Source: Candidatus Poribacteria bacterium (lineage in GTDB: Bacteria; Poribacteria; WGA-4E; WGA-3G). From it: a stretch of 64,000 nucleotides of DNA. Positions 9,851 through 19,508 of the stretch are shown piece by piece; position 1 is the first letter of the stretch, and every line of letters starts with the position of its first letter. The notes beneath the pieces were generated by a model, which saw only the letters and a program-made list of their open reading frames with translations, made no database searches and was not told the DNA's origin. A program made the position numbers and the translations under genes. Location: positions 5,597,972 through 5,661,971 of the forward strand of contig OZ251518.1 of the NCBI GenBank assembly GCA_965242965.1, in the 5' to 3' direction.

Positions 9851-10642
9851 TTAATCACGACGCGCTTTCACAGAGCCCCACGTCGTGGTGAGTTTATCCT
9901 TCGCTTCAACAGGCAGCAGATTTCCATCCATCACATCTACCACCTCGTCGGCACTCAGGGCGCGGTCATACACGTAAAGATCATCGAGGTAGAAGAGCGC
10001 AGCCCCGTAGCCGGTTTTGCCGACATAGAGTTGCTCTGCGCCTTGCGCGTGGTCCTTCGGCACCGCCTGTTCCTCGATTTCCTCGCCATCAATGTAAAAC
10101 CGCAGTTGGCCACCGTCTTTGACACCAGCAATATGATACCATTCACCGGTCTCAAATTCATCGCCTTCGCCCCCGGGTCCGGTGCAATGCGTGCCTTGGT
10201 TTCCGGGATTGAACCGGTAGTGAATGTGCAAGGTAACGCGATTGCAGGTCCAAATACCGGGCGACCGGTCGGAGCCAGGTGCCTTCTTCGCGATGATTTG
10301 GTTCCAACTCCCGGAGTTCTTATCGGTGAATTGGAGCCAAAAGAGATAGGAATTATCTTGGTAATCCTCCAACTCTTTGAAGGAGTCCACCGTCATCCCT
10401 GCCCCAGCATCTTCGCATCGCAGTGCGCCAGAGCCGTAGACAATCTCTTCATCGCTTATCTCCGCTTTGTCAAGCGTTCCATCGTTACCGCCGCCGGTTT
10501 CATCCTCCACCGTTCCGCCTTTTTCGTTATCGAAACTGAAATAGAGGATGAGGCCGTCGTCTTGCACCGTTGCGGCTTGCGCGAAGAGTGCGCCGCTTCC
10601 GAACAAGAGCGCGAGCGTGAATAAAAACATCGTCATTCGCAT
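9851..10642 (-). CDS. Secreted LamG-like (concanavalin-type jellyroll) protein
   Basis: Signal peptide, LILYFSFD, GEWYHIAGV, DDLYVYDRALS and C-terminal PVEAKDKLTTTWGSVK. Confidence 0.85.
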   Translation of the reverse strand: MRMTMFLFTLALLFGSGALFAQAATVQDDGLILYFSFDNEKGGTVEDETGGGNDGTLDKAEISDEEIVYGSGALRCEDAGAGMTVDSFKELEDYQDNSYLFWLQFTDKNSGSWNQIIAKKAPGSDRSPGIWTCNRVTLHIHYRFNPGNQGTHCTGPGGEGDEFETGEWYHIAGVKDGGQLRFYIDGEEIEEQAVPKDHAQGAEQLYVGKTGYGAALFYLDDLYVYDRALSADEVVDVMDGNLLPVEAKDKLTTTWGSVKARRD

Positions 10643-10727
10643 GAGTCAACCTCCTCATACTATGTGTAGAAAAGCGTTTACAGTTTGTGCGAACCTTTTA
10701 AGATTCGCGTTCTGGACTCGTGTGGCT

Positions 10728-10795
10728 ATTTTACAAAAAACGCGAAAATTTGTCAAGAAAAAACATTTGACATGCAAAATCAGGTGTGGTATCAT
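10728..10795. promoter_or_regulatory. Back-to-back divergent sigma70 promoters
   Basis: Minus strand: TTGACA (10756-51), 17 bp, TAAAAT (10733-28). Plus strand: TTGACA (10767-72), 17 bp, TATCAT (10790-95). Confidence 0.7.
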
Positions 10796-10847
10796 ATATT
10801 TATTATTGATATAACCCGCGAGATTGTTGAGGAAGAAAAAATAAACA

Positions 10848-11417
10848 ATGCCACAAATCGAAAAGAGAACCATTTCTGTTGTCGCTTTGTGCGGGAGCCT
10901 CCGGACAGGGAGTTCAACGCACGCCGCCCTCCGCATAGCCCTTGCCGGTGCCGAAGAGGCAGGTGCGGCGGTTGAACTGTTGGAGCTGGGTGCGTATCAT
11001 CTCGTCTTCCAAGGTTCCGTCGCAAACGATTCGGACTATCCGCCGGGTGTCTTCGCGCTCCGCGAGAAGGTGCAGCGCGCCGATGGCATCCTCCTCGGTT
11101 CACCGGAATACCATGGGAGTTTCAGCGGTGTGCTGAAAAGCGCGCTCGACCTGATGGGATTTGACGAATTTGAGGACAAAGTCATCGGGCTCATCGGTGT
11201 TTCCGGCGGCCGGATGGGCGCGGCGAACGCGCTGTCCATGTTGCGGATAGTCGGCACCGCCTTGCGGGCTTGGGTTGTGCCAAACGATGTCTCCATTCCG
11301 CGTTCATCCGAGGCGTTTGATGAAAACGGGAACTTACACGATGCCGAACTCGCGGGACGGCTTAAATCCGTCGGCAGGGATGTAGCACACTTCGCCGCCG
11401 TGCGTCGCGCGCTGTAA
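10848..11417 (+). CDS. NAD(P)H-dependent FMN reductase
   Basis: GSLRTGS, SPEYHGSFSGVLKSALD and VSGG motifs of the flavodoxin-like SsuE/ChrR family. Confidence 0.9.
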   Translation: MPQIEKRTISVVALCGSLRTGSSTHAALRIALAGAEEAGAAVELLELGAYHLVFQGSVANDSDYPPGVFALREKVQRADGILLGSPEYHGSFSGVLKSALDLMGFDEFEDKVIGLIGVSGGRMGAANALSMLRIVGTALRAWVVPNDVSIPRSSEAFDENGNLHDAELAGRLKSVGRDVAHFAAVRRAL

Positions 11418-11472
11418 TAGCAGAGTCGGGGCGGATATCGTTCCTAGCCGACTTCTACAAAAACCTGAAAAC

Positions 11473-12144
11473 ATGCACACAATACACAACTGGGAGACAT
11501 GGCTCGGGACAGACGAGGCAGGGAAAGGTGATTACTTCGGACCGCTTGTTGTCGCAGGCGTTTACGTGAACGCGGCATGTCGCGAGGCTTTCGAGGCATT
11601 AGGGATTACAGATGGGAAGACGCTCTCAATCAAGCGTGTCCGGGAACTCGCCGAAGCAATGTGGTGCGACTACGGCGATTCCATCGCTGTTGTGGAAAAG
11701 ATGCCTGCCGCCTATAACGCGCTCTATGACGATTTTCGCCGACGTAGGAAAAACTTGAACCATCTGCTCGGCGCGCTCCATGCGGAGGTTATTGAAACGT
11801 TGCACGTTCGCTCGGGCGCGCGGCATGTCTGTGTCGATAGATTTGCCACCGCGGATGTCATCACGCCGCAGATAGGCACCGCTATTCGGCGCGATTTGCG
11901 GATAATACAGGTGCCGAAAGCAGAACGGGACATCGCTGTCGCCGCCGCCTCTGTCATCGCTCGCGACGCATTTCTGAGCGGCATGGCGGCGTTATCGGAA
12001 AAATACGAGTTTCAATTGCCGCGCGGTTCCTATCGGGTTACCGAAGCCGGTAAGGAATTTGTCGCGTTGCACGGGGCAGACGCATTGGGAGAGGTTGCGA
12101 AGTTGCATTTCAGTCTAACGGATGCTGTCCTCGCGCGGAAATGA
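11473..12144 (+). CDS. rnhC: Ribonuclease HIII-type (catalytic domain only)
   Basis: GTDEAGKGDYFGPLVV, KAE..IAVAAASVIAR and AKLHF motifs. Confidence 0.8.
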   Translation: MHTIHNWETWLGTDEAGKGDYFGPLVVAGVYVNAACREAFEALGITDGKTLSIKRVRELAEAMWCDYGDSIAVVEKMPAAYNALYDDFRRRRKNLNHLLGALHAEVIETLHVRSGARHVCVDRFATADVITPQIGTAIRRDLRIIQVPKAERDIAVAAASVIARDAFLSGMAALSEKYEFQLPRGSYRVTEAGKEFVALHGADALGEVAKLHFSLTDAVLARK

Positions 12145-12210
12145 TTTCGTCCCGTTTGAAACAAATGGACAAATCGTTCCAGATATATTATATTTTATAT
12201 TGAGAATTGC

Positions 12211-12346
12211 CTGTAGGAGAGACCTCCTGGTCTCGATGTTGCCTGATCCGGGCGGGTGCAGGCGCACCCGAACTACAGGGCTAGAGCGCGCCCCGCCTGT
12301 AGTTCAGGAGCACCTACTCCTGAACTGTTTGTGAGCGGCGATAAAC
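12211..12346. repeat. REP module shared (inverted) with 55735-55812
   Basis: GTAGGAGAGACCTCCTGGTCTCGAT followed by ...CGGGTGCAGGCGCACCCGAACTACAGGGCTAG. Confidence 0.8.
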
Positions 12347-12922
12347 TGAGGGTGTTTCATATTTCGATGTGTTCGGTAGGAGAGACCTCCCGGTCTCGAT
12401 TTGCCCGTAGCGCGGGGGACAGGCCCCCGCGATCGCCATCGTCAAGAGGGGCGTTTTTAGGTCCTTTAGGACCTACATGTCTATAGAAAAACGTGTTGGC
12501 GCGTTGTCAAGGTCCTTTAGGTCCTTAATAAAAACACGCGCCGCATGGAAAAACACATTAAGGACCTAAAGGACCTTAGGATTCTTCGCGTGCGCGCGGG
12601 CTATAGACATTAAGGTCCTACGGACCTAAGAACCGTTTTTTTTTCGTAGTGCGGGGCCCTCGGATGCCACACGCGCATCCGAGCGGGGTTCCCTCGCCAT
12701 CGCTCGCGCGTCAGGCTCTGTAGGTCAGGATCGCCTGATCCTGACCCGTTTGTGATCAGGCGATCACAAACTACAGTTGGGGAAACACACATCGGGCCGA
12801 TAGAGATCGCGGGGGACAGGCCCCCGCCCTACGGGCACATCGAGACCAGAGGTCTCTCCTACCGGGAACATCGCTTGCATCGGACCGGGAGGGCGCACCA
12901 TAGGATTTATGAAACACCCTCA
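12347..12922. mobile_element. MITE-like element: inverted-repeat-bounded REP cassette
   Basis: TGAGGGTGTTTCATA at 12347 and TATGAAACACCCTCA ending at 12922 form a perfect 15-bp inverted repeat around mixed REP families. Confidence 0.7.
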
Positions 12923-12964
12923 CTTTATATTCAGCGGTGTGCAGGAATACAAGGAGATACACCG

Positions 12965-13339
12965 ATGAGAAAAATGGGAGAGTGGCGCGAATCCTTAATC
13001 AATGAACTCGCCGAGAATAAGGAGGAAGCGATTGACTATCTTCAAGTGGTTCTTGAAGAGTCTTATCGCTATGATTGGGATATTGCCGTCTTTTTATACG
13101 CGCTAAAAGTCGTTGTAGAGGCACACGGCGGAATTGCCAAACTGGCGAAGCAAACGCAACTCGCACCGCAAGTCCTCTCAAAAATGCTTTCCGGCGAAGA
13201 GGCATTTCCGGTTGATGTTCTCGGTGCTATCCTCAAAGCACTCGGATGCCAACTGACAATCGCACCTTTAGTGGCGGCGAACTCTTGTGTGGGACGCACC
13301 GGCGAAACCGAGGCAGCGCGCATGGAGAATGTCGCATAA
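12965..13339 (+). CDS. Putative addiction-module antidote (HTH, HI1420-like)
   Basis: AAGGAG RBS. EEAIDYLQVVLEE...ALKVVVEAHGGIAKLAKQTQL...ILKALG pattern. Confidence 0.75.
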   Translation: MRKMGEWRESLINELAENKEEAIDYLQVVLEESYRYDWDIAVFLYALKVVVEAHGGIAKLAKQTQLAPQVLSKMLSGEEAFPVDVLGAILKALGCQLTIAPLVAANSCVGRTGETEAARMENVA

Positions 13340-13393
13340 GTAGGACTTGCGCAAATCCTCGCATCTCCTCTGGGGCGCGAACAGAGAAAAAAT

Positions 13394-14563
13394 ATGGAAG
13401 AACTCTTTATCATTCACTACGCCGAAGTCGGGTTGAAAGGGAAAAATCGGGCGTTTTTTGAAAAACGGCTGGTGCAGAACATCAAGCAATCGCTGCACGG
13501 CACTGGATACGCCGCCGTCAAACGGCTCCATGACAGGATTCAGGTGCAACTGGATCCGGACACCGACATCCCCGAAATTAAGAAACGCCTCAGCCGCGTG
13601 ATGGGCATCGCGCACTTTGAACTCGTCTGCCGCACCGAAAAGGACATGGCGGCGATTAAAGCGACGGCTCTCCGGCAAACCGAAGACAAGACGTTTCGGA
13701 CGCTGAAAATTGAGACAAAACGTTCGGATAAAACCTTTCCGCTGACTTCTCCGGAAATCAGCGCGGAGGTAGGCGCGTATCTCATCCAACATACTGGCGC
13801 GAGCGCCGATATGCATAACCCGGAACTGCTCTGTCGCATTGAGGTATCCCAAAACGGTGCCTATCTCTACACCGATAAACTGCCGGGCAGCGGCGGGTTG
13901 CCTGTCGGTGTGAGTGGCAAGGTGTTGGTGATGCTTTCGGGTGGTATTGATTCGCCTGTCGCCGCGTGGCGGATGATAAAACGCGGTGCGAAAGCGGTTT
14001 TCATTCACTTTTATAGTTATCCCTACACCGACAAAGCCTCGCTGGAAAAGGTGATGGAGTTGAGCCACATCTTGGCAGAATCGAACTATCGGAGTGCAGT
14101 CTATCTCGTTCCCTTCGCCGATGTGCAACAAGCCATTGTGGCCGAAACGCCCGCGCCGTTTCGGGTGCTCCTGTATCGGCGGCTGATGACGCGGATTGCG
14201 GAACGTGTTGCGGCACTCGTCGATGCGGAGGCGATTGTCACCGGTGAAAGCCTCGCACAGGTAGCATCGCAGACGTTAACGAATCTGCGCGCAATCGAAG
14301 CGATTGCCGATATCCCCATCCTTCGTCCGCTCATCGGTGATGACAAAGCGGAGATTATCGCGCAGGCGGAGCAAATCGGCACGTTTGCGGTATCCACGTT
14401 ACCGCATCAGGACTGCTGTTCGCTTTTCGTTCCGAAGCATCCAGCGACGCGCGCCACCGTCACCGATTTAGAACGTGCTGAGGCAGGTTTGGACATCGCA
14501 GCGTTGGTAGAACGCGCGATGGATGGGATTGAAAGGCGGGTTGTGAGTTTTTCATACGGATAG
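13394..14563 (+). CDS. thiI: tRNA 4-thiouridine synthase
   Basis: HYAEVGLKGKNR, THUMP domain, LSGGIDSPVAA PP-loop and GESLAQVASQT. Confidence 0.95.
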   Translation: MEELFIIHYAEVGLKGKNRAFFEKRLVQNIKQSLHGTGYAAVKRLHDRIQVQLDPDTDIPEIKKRLSRVMGIAHFELVCRTEKDMAAIKATALRQTEDKTFRTLKIETKRSDKTFPLTSPEISAEVGAYLIQHTGASADMHNPELLCRIEVSQNGAYLYTDKLPGSGGLPVGVSGKVLVMLSGGIDSPVAAWRMIKRGAKAVFIHFYSYPYTDKASLEKVMELSHILAESNYRSAVYLVPFADVQQAIVAETPAPFRVLLYRRLMTRIAERVAALVDAEAIVTGESLAQVASQTLTNLRAIEAIADIPILRPLIGDDKAEIIAQAEQIGTFAVSTLPHQDCCSLFVPKHPATRATVTDLERAEAGLDIAALVERAMDGIERRVVSFSYG

Positions 14564-14713
14564 ACTGAAAACGAAAAACTCAATCCCTCTGAACTTCTTC
14601 CTTGTTTTTTTGCCAGAGATATGGTAGACTTAAATTAACTGGCGGCAGACAGGGTGGTTACATGAGTTTTCTGGCTCGTCTGTGTGATATTGCAACGCTC
14701 TTCGGAGGAAGAT

Positions 14714-16736
14714 ATGAAGGTAAACATCTCACAACTGAAATCCGATGACTTAGGCACAGTGGATATGCTAATGAAGCGTTCCAGTCAGACACTTGGTTTT
14801 CTGCCCATGCAAGCTTTGGAAAGTTATCTTGAAAAAGGAACTGTGCTGGGAGCGAAGACTGACGCGGGTGAACTCGTTGGTTACCTGCTTTACGCGGCCT
14901 ATCCGAATTACTTCCGGATTACGCATCTCTGCGTGTCGGAAGAATACCAAGGACAAGGTATCGCGAAGCGTCTTGTCAAGACGTTAAAGATGTCTGCCGA
15001 CACCCAGAAAGTAATCAAACTTCATTGTCGGCGCGATTTTCCGGCGAATGATTTGTGGCCCAAACTAGGATTCGTGGCCCTGGGTGAAAAATCCGGCAGA
15101 TCCAAGGCAGGACACCGCCTCACAATCTGGCACTTTAGGCTAGCTCCCGAAGACCAGATGGAACTTTTTCAGGCAGCAACGTCCGATGACACTCTTGACA
15201 TCATCATTGATGCCCAAATCTTCTTCGATTTTGATGAGCCAGATAGCGATAAAGCTCAGCCATCTAAGGCACTGCTGTCAGACTTCTTAGTCGATTCGCT
15301 TAACCTCTGGATTACGGACGAACTGCTGAACGAAATCAACCGGCAGGAAAATCGCGAGAAACGTGAAAATTCCCGGCGTAGGACTCATCGTTTTCCGAAA
15401 GTAGCGTGCCAGCCACACCTCGTTGAAGAATTCGAGAGACGTTTAAGGGGACTCCTGCCTGAACGTAAGGCAAGCCAAGGGTCTGATATTAGACAATTAG
15501 CGAGGGCTGCCGCTTCGCCCATCAAAACCTTTGTCACCAAAGACCACGCTCTTTTGGAAAAGGTAGAGAAAATCGGGGAGCTGACGGGGCTTGAGGTAAT
15601 CAACCCCGTGGACTTAATCGTCCGACTTCATGAGTTGTCCGAAAAGCAAACCTACGCGCCAGATTATATTGCAGGGCTTAATCTTCGTTGGGCTCGCTTG
15701 GCTTCAAATGAGCTAACCTCTTTGCACCTTGAGGCTTTTCTCAAACCTCAGGAGACGAAAGGTAAATTTAGAGAGAAATTGGAATCCTTGGTCGCCCAAG
15801 TCGATCATTATGAATGCGAACTTCTCCGGTCTGGGGATAAGGTTATCGCCATCCGAGTTCTCACAGTCGGTTCTAATAAGGTGCTTACCGCTCCGTTGGC
15901 GAGAGTTGCCCATTCTGCAGATCAAGTGCTATTCGGCCGCTTTTTAATCGCGGACGCTATTTCCAAGGCGGTGGAAGAGAATCTGGACCTGGTCAGATTT
16001 GAAACAGCCGAGCTCACTCCCAACTTAATGCCATGCTTGTTAGAGATGGGATTTATCGCGGGTAACGGCAGTTTTGTGAGGTTTTGCTTCTCGCGTTGTT
16101 TGCGTCGCGAAGAAGTCTTGGCTGCGATTTCTGAATCATGTCCTGAATCTGTGAGCAGGTATCAGGAGATGTCACCCCGTGAACTTGAAAGGTGTTGTTC
16201 TCCTCTTGTTAAGGTGTTGTTCTCCTCTTGTTCTAGAACCGACAGAACAGGAATGCTTTTTGATTCCCATTCTCCCATTCTACGCGACTGGACTCATTGA
16301 CAGGCATCAGTCAGGAGCAGAACTCTTTAGGGAGAATCCCAATGTTCTATTGCGTTGGGATAATGTGTACTACCGAGCCGCAAATCGGCACAAGATGCTC
16401 AAACCGCCGGCACGCATTTTGTGGTATGTCAGCAGTCCAAGGCAACAAATCATCGCCGTGTCCTGTCTTGACGATGTCTTAATTGATACCACTAAGGAAC
16501 TTTTCAGACAATTCCGAAAATTTGGGATTCTGGAATGGAGGGACCTTTTTAAGATGTGCAATCGCGACCCGTTCAAACAACTGATGGCGTTGAAATTTTC
16601 GCACACTTTCCTCTTTCGGAAACCCGTTTCATTGGCGACGATGAGAGAGATAGGCATCTCGCATCCACAAGCCCCTTTGAAAATATCGCCTGAAATCTTC
16701 CAAGAATTTTTTCAGAGAGGATATCCGAACCAATGA
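14714..16736 (+). pseudogene. GNAT-PIN-(EVE/ASCH-like) multidomain gene, frameshifted
   Basis: N-terminal GNAT (ITHLCVSEEYQGQGIAKRLV), PIN (IIIDAQIF, ELLNEI, DIRQLA, FVTKD) and a C-terminal PUA-like part in the second frame (NVYYR, ILWYVS, FRKPVSL). Broken by an exact 22-bp duplication at 16189-16232. Confidence 0.8.
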
Positions 16737-17254
16737 CGAACACTACAATGCCCCCATTGCTTCTTTCTTTGAAGCCTTGCTACGCGGAACTAGTCTTTGA
16801 AGGGCTCAAAACGGCTGAACTTCGGCGGCGTATCGCTTTGGATATGGAGAATCGCGACGTGTTCATTTACGTTTCCAGTCCTGTTATGGCACTGCGCGGC
16901 GGGTTCCGTGTGGGACAGGTGTGGCGTGATACACCCGATAAAGTGTGGGACATAGTCTCCGAACTCGCGCGGGTTGAAAAGCAGGATTTCGACACCTATT
17001 TTGCGGGAAAAACTGTCGCTTGCGCCTTTGAAATCAGAAAGGTTTGGGAATACGAAAACCCTGTCAGCCTCAACATGTTGAGAGAACAGTTTCCCAACTT
17101 CGTTGTCCCGCAGTCATGGCGGTATGTTCGCGATGATGAACACCTATTTTTCAGGTTTTTCCGGACAACGCGCATGAAACCTACGAAAGAATCCTATCGT
17201 GAGAAACGTCAAGTAGGCGGCAAACCGTTGCGTGCTCAACACCTCTATCTTTGA
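16733..17254 (+). CDS. ASCH domain protein
   Basis: LLSLKPCYAELVFEGLKTAELRR, FIYVSSPV and VPQSWRY. ATGA overlap with the upstream gene. Confidence 0.85.
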   Translation: MTNTTMPPLLLSLKPCYAELVFEGLKTAELRRRIALDMENRDVFIYVSSPVMALRGGFRVGQVWRDTPDKVWDIVSELARVEKQDFDTYFAGKTVACAFEIRKVWEYENPVSLNMLREQFPNFVVPQSWRYVRDDEHLFFRFFRTTRMKPTKESYREKRQVGGKPLRAQHLYL

Positions 17255-17289
17255 GGCTTCAACTTAACCCCAGTGCCCAATAGAGAACC

Positions 17290-18387
17290 ATGCAAAACAT
17301 ATTGCTTATTCGGCTCAGTTCACTCGGCGATGTTATGTTGACAACACCAGCCATCCGCGCGGTGCGCACACACTTCCCACACGCGCACATCGCTATGCTC
17401 GTCGCCAAGCAATCCGCCGATGTCCTGCGCGAAAATCCTCATCTCAATGAGCTCATCCCATTCAATAGACTCGCCGCTGACAAAGATACTGGCGAGATGT
17501 GGCGGGTTCTCCGCACGCTACGCAAACGGAAATTCTCGCTGACGATTGACTTCCAAGGGAAATGCCGGACAGAAGTATTGGCGTATCTCAGCGGTGCCGC
17601 CGAACGCGTCGGAAAAGGGAGGTTATGCACCGTGCGCGCGCCTGACGCAGCGGCGGTGACGCATGCAACCGAACGAAACCTTGCCTTGCTACACGCCATC
17701 GGCATTCCAGCCGAAGACAGGACGTTAGAGATGTTTCTCACCGAATCTGAACGCGAAGAAGCTTGCCAGCGGTTTGAAGCAGCCGGCATCGCGAGGAGGC
17801 GCAACACCGCAGTCCCGATAGTTGGCATGTTTCCCGGCGCAGGATGGAAACTGCGCGAATGGATGCCGGAACGGTTCGCTGCCATCGGCGATAAACTAGT
17901 GCGGCACTTTAACGCACACGTGCTGATTTTCGGCGGGCCTCGGGAGGTTGGATTGGTGGACACCGTCGCGAATCTGATGCACGCTCCCGCAACTCGGTTT
18001 GCTGGCAAGTTACAGATTCGGCAGCTCGCGGCGTGTATTGAAAAGTGCTCCCTCTTCCTCACCAACGACACCGGCCCGATGCATATCGCCTCGGCAGTGG
18101 GAACGCCTACCGTTGCGCTGTTCGGGCCCGGCAATCACTACCGATTTCAACCCCTCGGCGTTTTGCACCAGACTATCCGTCACGATGTGCCGTGTAGTCC
18201 GTGTAAGCAGTTTACGGATAAATGCAAAGACAACGTCTGCATGAAGCAGATTCGTGTCAATGAGGTATGGGAGGCAGTAAGGGCACGATTACAAAGCGCG
18301 TCTATCCACACGCCGCCTCAAAAACGCGGAGGTGATTCCCACCTAGCACCTTCTGGATATCCTCATCGGAATAGCCGCGCGCGCTGA
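17290..18387 (+). CDS. Glycosyltransferase family 9 (heptosyltransferase-like)
   Basis: IRLSSLGDV, FPGAGW...W, NDTGPMHIASAVGTPTVALFGP and CSPC motifs. Confidence 0.9.
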   Translation: MQNILLIRLSSLGDVMLTTPAIRAVRTHFPHAHIAMLVAKQSADVLRENPHLNELIPFNRLAADKDTGEMWRVLRTLRKRKFSLTIDFQGKCRTEVLAYLSGAAERVGKGRLCTVRAPDAAAVTHATERNLALLHAIGIPAEDRTLEMFLTESEREEACQRFEAAGIARRRNTAVPIVGMFPGAGWKLREWMPERFAAIGDKLVRHFNAHVLIFGGPREVGLVDTVANLMHAPATRFAGKLQIRQLAACIEKCSLFLTNDTGPMHIASAVGTPTVALFGPGNHYRFQPLGVLHQTIRHDVPCSPCKQFTDKCKDNVCMKQIRVNEVWEAVRARLQSASIHTPPQKRGGDSHLAPSGYPHRNSRAR

Positions 18388-19357
18388 GCTCTTCCGTGAT
18401 TTGCGGGAATGCTCTCGCGTCTGGGAGCAAGTCACCACCGCCATCAAAATCAGAACCGATGCCGACGTGGTCAATGCCGGCGATATCGATTGCGTACGTA
18501 AAGTGATTGATGAGTTGCGCGAACGGCGGTGTTTTCGTCCAGCCATCCACCGTGATAAACCCCGGCACGAACGTTATGCCGACTACGCCGCCGTTCGCCG
18601 CCAACGCCTTGAGTTGTTCGTTCGTCAGGTTGCGGGGATGTCTGCACAGCGTTTCGCAGTTGCTATGCGATGCGATGACAGGGCGTTCTGAGATATCCAG
18701 CACGTCCCAAAACCCGCGTTCGCTGATGTGCGACACGTCTATCAGCATGCCGAGTCGGTTCATCTCCTGCACCAAGTCTATCCCGAACCGGGTTAACCCG
18801 CCGCCCATATCGCTCTCGTCGTTGCCTGTCGATGCCCACGTATTCGGGTTGTGCGTCAAGCCGATAGAGCGCACCCCGAGCAGGTGGAGCGCGTGCAAGA
18901 TATTCAGGCTTCGTTCCACCGCCTCGCTATTTTCAATGGCAAGCACGGCGGCGAGTTTCCCCTGCGTCTTCGCCTCGCGAATGTCGTCCGCTTTCCGGGC
19001 GATGCAGACTTCCTCAGTATTCGCTTGCACTTCGGCGTTGAACCAGCCGAAAGCATCTAACGCATAGGCGAGATGGTTTTTCCACGCCCGTGTCACGTCT
19101 ACTGCAAAGAAGGCGGCATCAATACCACCTTGCCGCATTTTCGGGAGGTTGAGTTGGATGCCTATTGCTTCCTCCTCAGGTGGCACGGGCCCGCGCAGAT
19201 AGGCGATGGTGCCGTTGTGCTGCGCTGGATTCTTGGCGTTCTCATCGGCGAGGCTGACGTTGCCGCGGCGGATGTGCGCAACGATGGCATCGTTGTGCGA
19301 ATCAATAACGAGGGATTGCTGGTGTAAATCAAGAACTTGTGGTTCTGATGGCATCAT
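18302..19357 (-). CDS. Membrane dipeptidase (peptidase M19)
   Basis: DSHND, DVSH, ASHSN, HPRN and HVGIGSDFDG motifs. Confidence 0.92.
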   Translation of the reverse strand: MMPSEPQVLDLHQQSLVIDSHNDAIVAHIRRGNVSLADENAKNPAQHNGTIAYLRGPVPPEEEAIGIQLNLPKMRQGGIDAAFFAVDVTRAWKNHLAYALDAFGWFNAEVQANTEEVCIARKADDIREAKTQGKLAAVLAIENSEAVERSLNILHALHLLGVRSIGLTHNPNTWASTGNDESDMGGGLTRFGIDLVQEMNRLGMLIDVSHISERGFWDVLDISERPVIASHSNCETLCRHPRNLTNEQLKALAANGGVVGITFVPGFITVDGWTKTPPFAQLINHFTYAIDIAGIDHVGIGSDFDGGGDLLPDARAFPQITEELSARGYSDEDIQKVLGGNHLRVFEAACG

Positions 19358-19382
19358 ATTCTTTACTCCTTTTTGGAACGCT

Positions 19383-19505
19383 ACCCGGCGGAGAGCCTTC
19401 CCTGTCTCAATGTCGTATCGGGACAGAGATGCCCCTTCTACCCCCGGTAGGCGAGCCCTCCTGGTCTTGATGATACGCCCAGGTCGCGACAGAGATGTCC
19501 CTTCT
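19383..19505. repeat. Degenerate REP cluster
   Basis: GTAGGCGAGCCCTCCTGGTCTTGAT and ATCGGGACAGAGATGCCCC-type variants. Confidence 0.6.
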
Positions 19506-19508
19506 AAC

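Noticed and set aside
9806-10624. Long antisense ORFs (e.g. 955-1572, 9806-10624, 13268-14131, 17439-18134, 58605-59393)
   Set aside because: They are shadows of well-supported genes on the opposite strand, as expected at this GC content.
18302-18387. 86-nt convergent overlap of the GT9 and dipeptidase genes
   Set aside because: Most simply a lost stop codon giving a non-conserved GT9 tail. There is no evidence of function.
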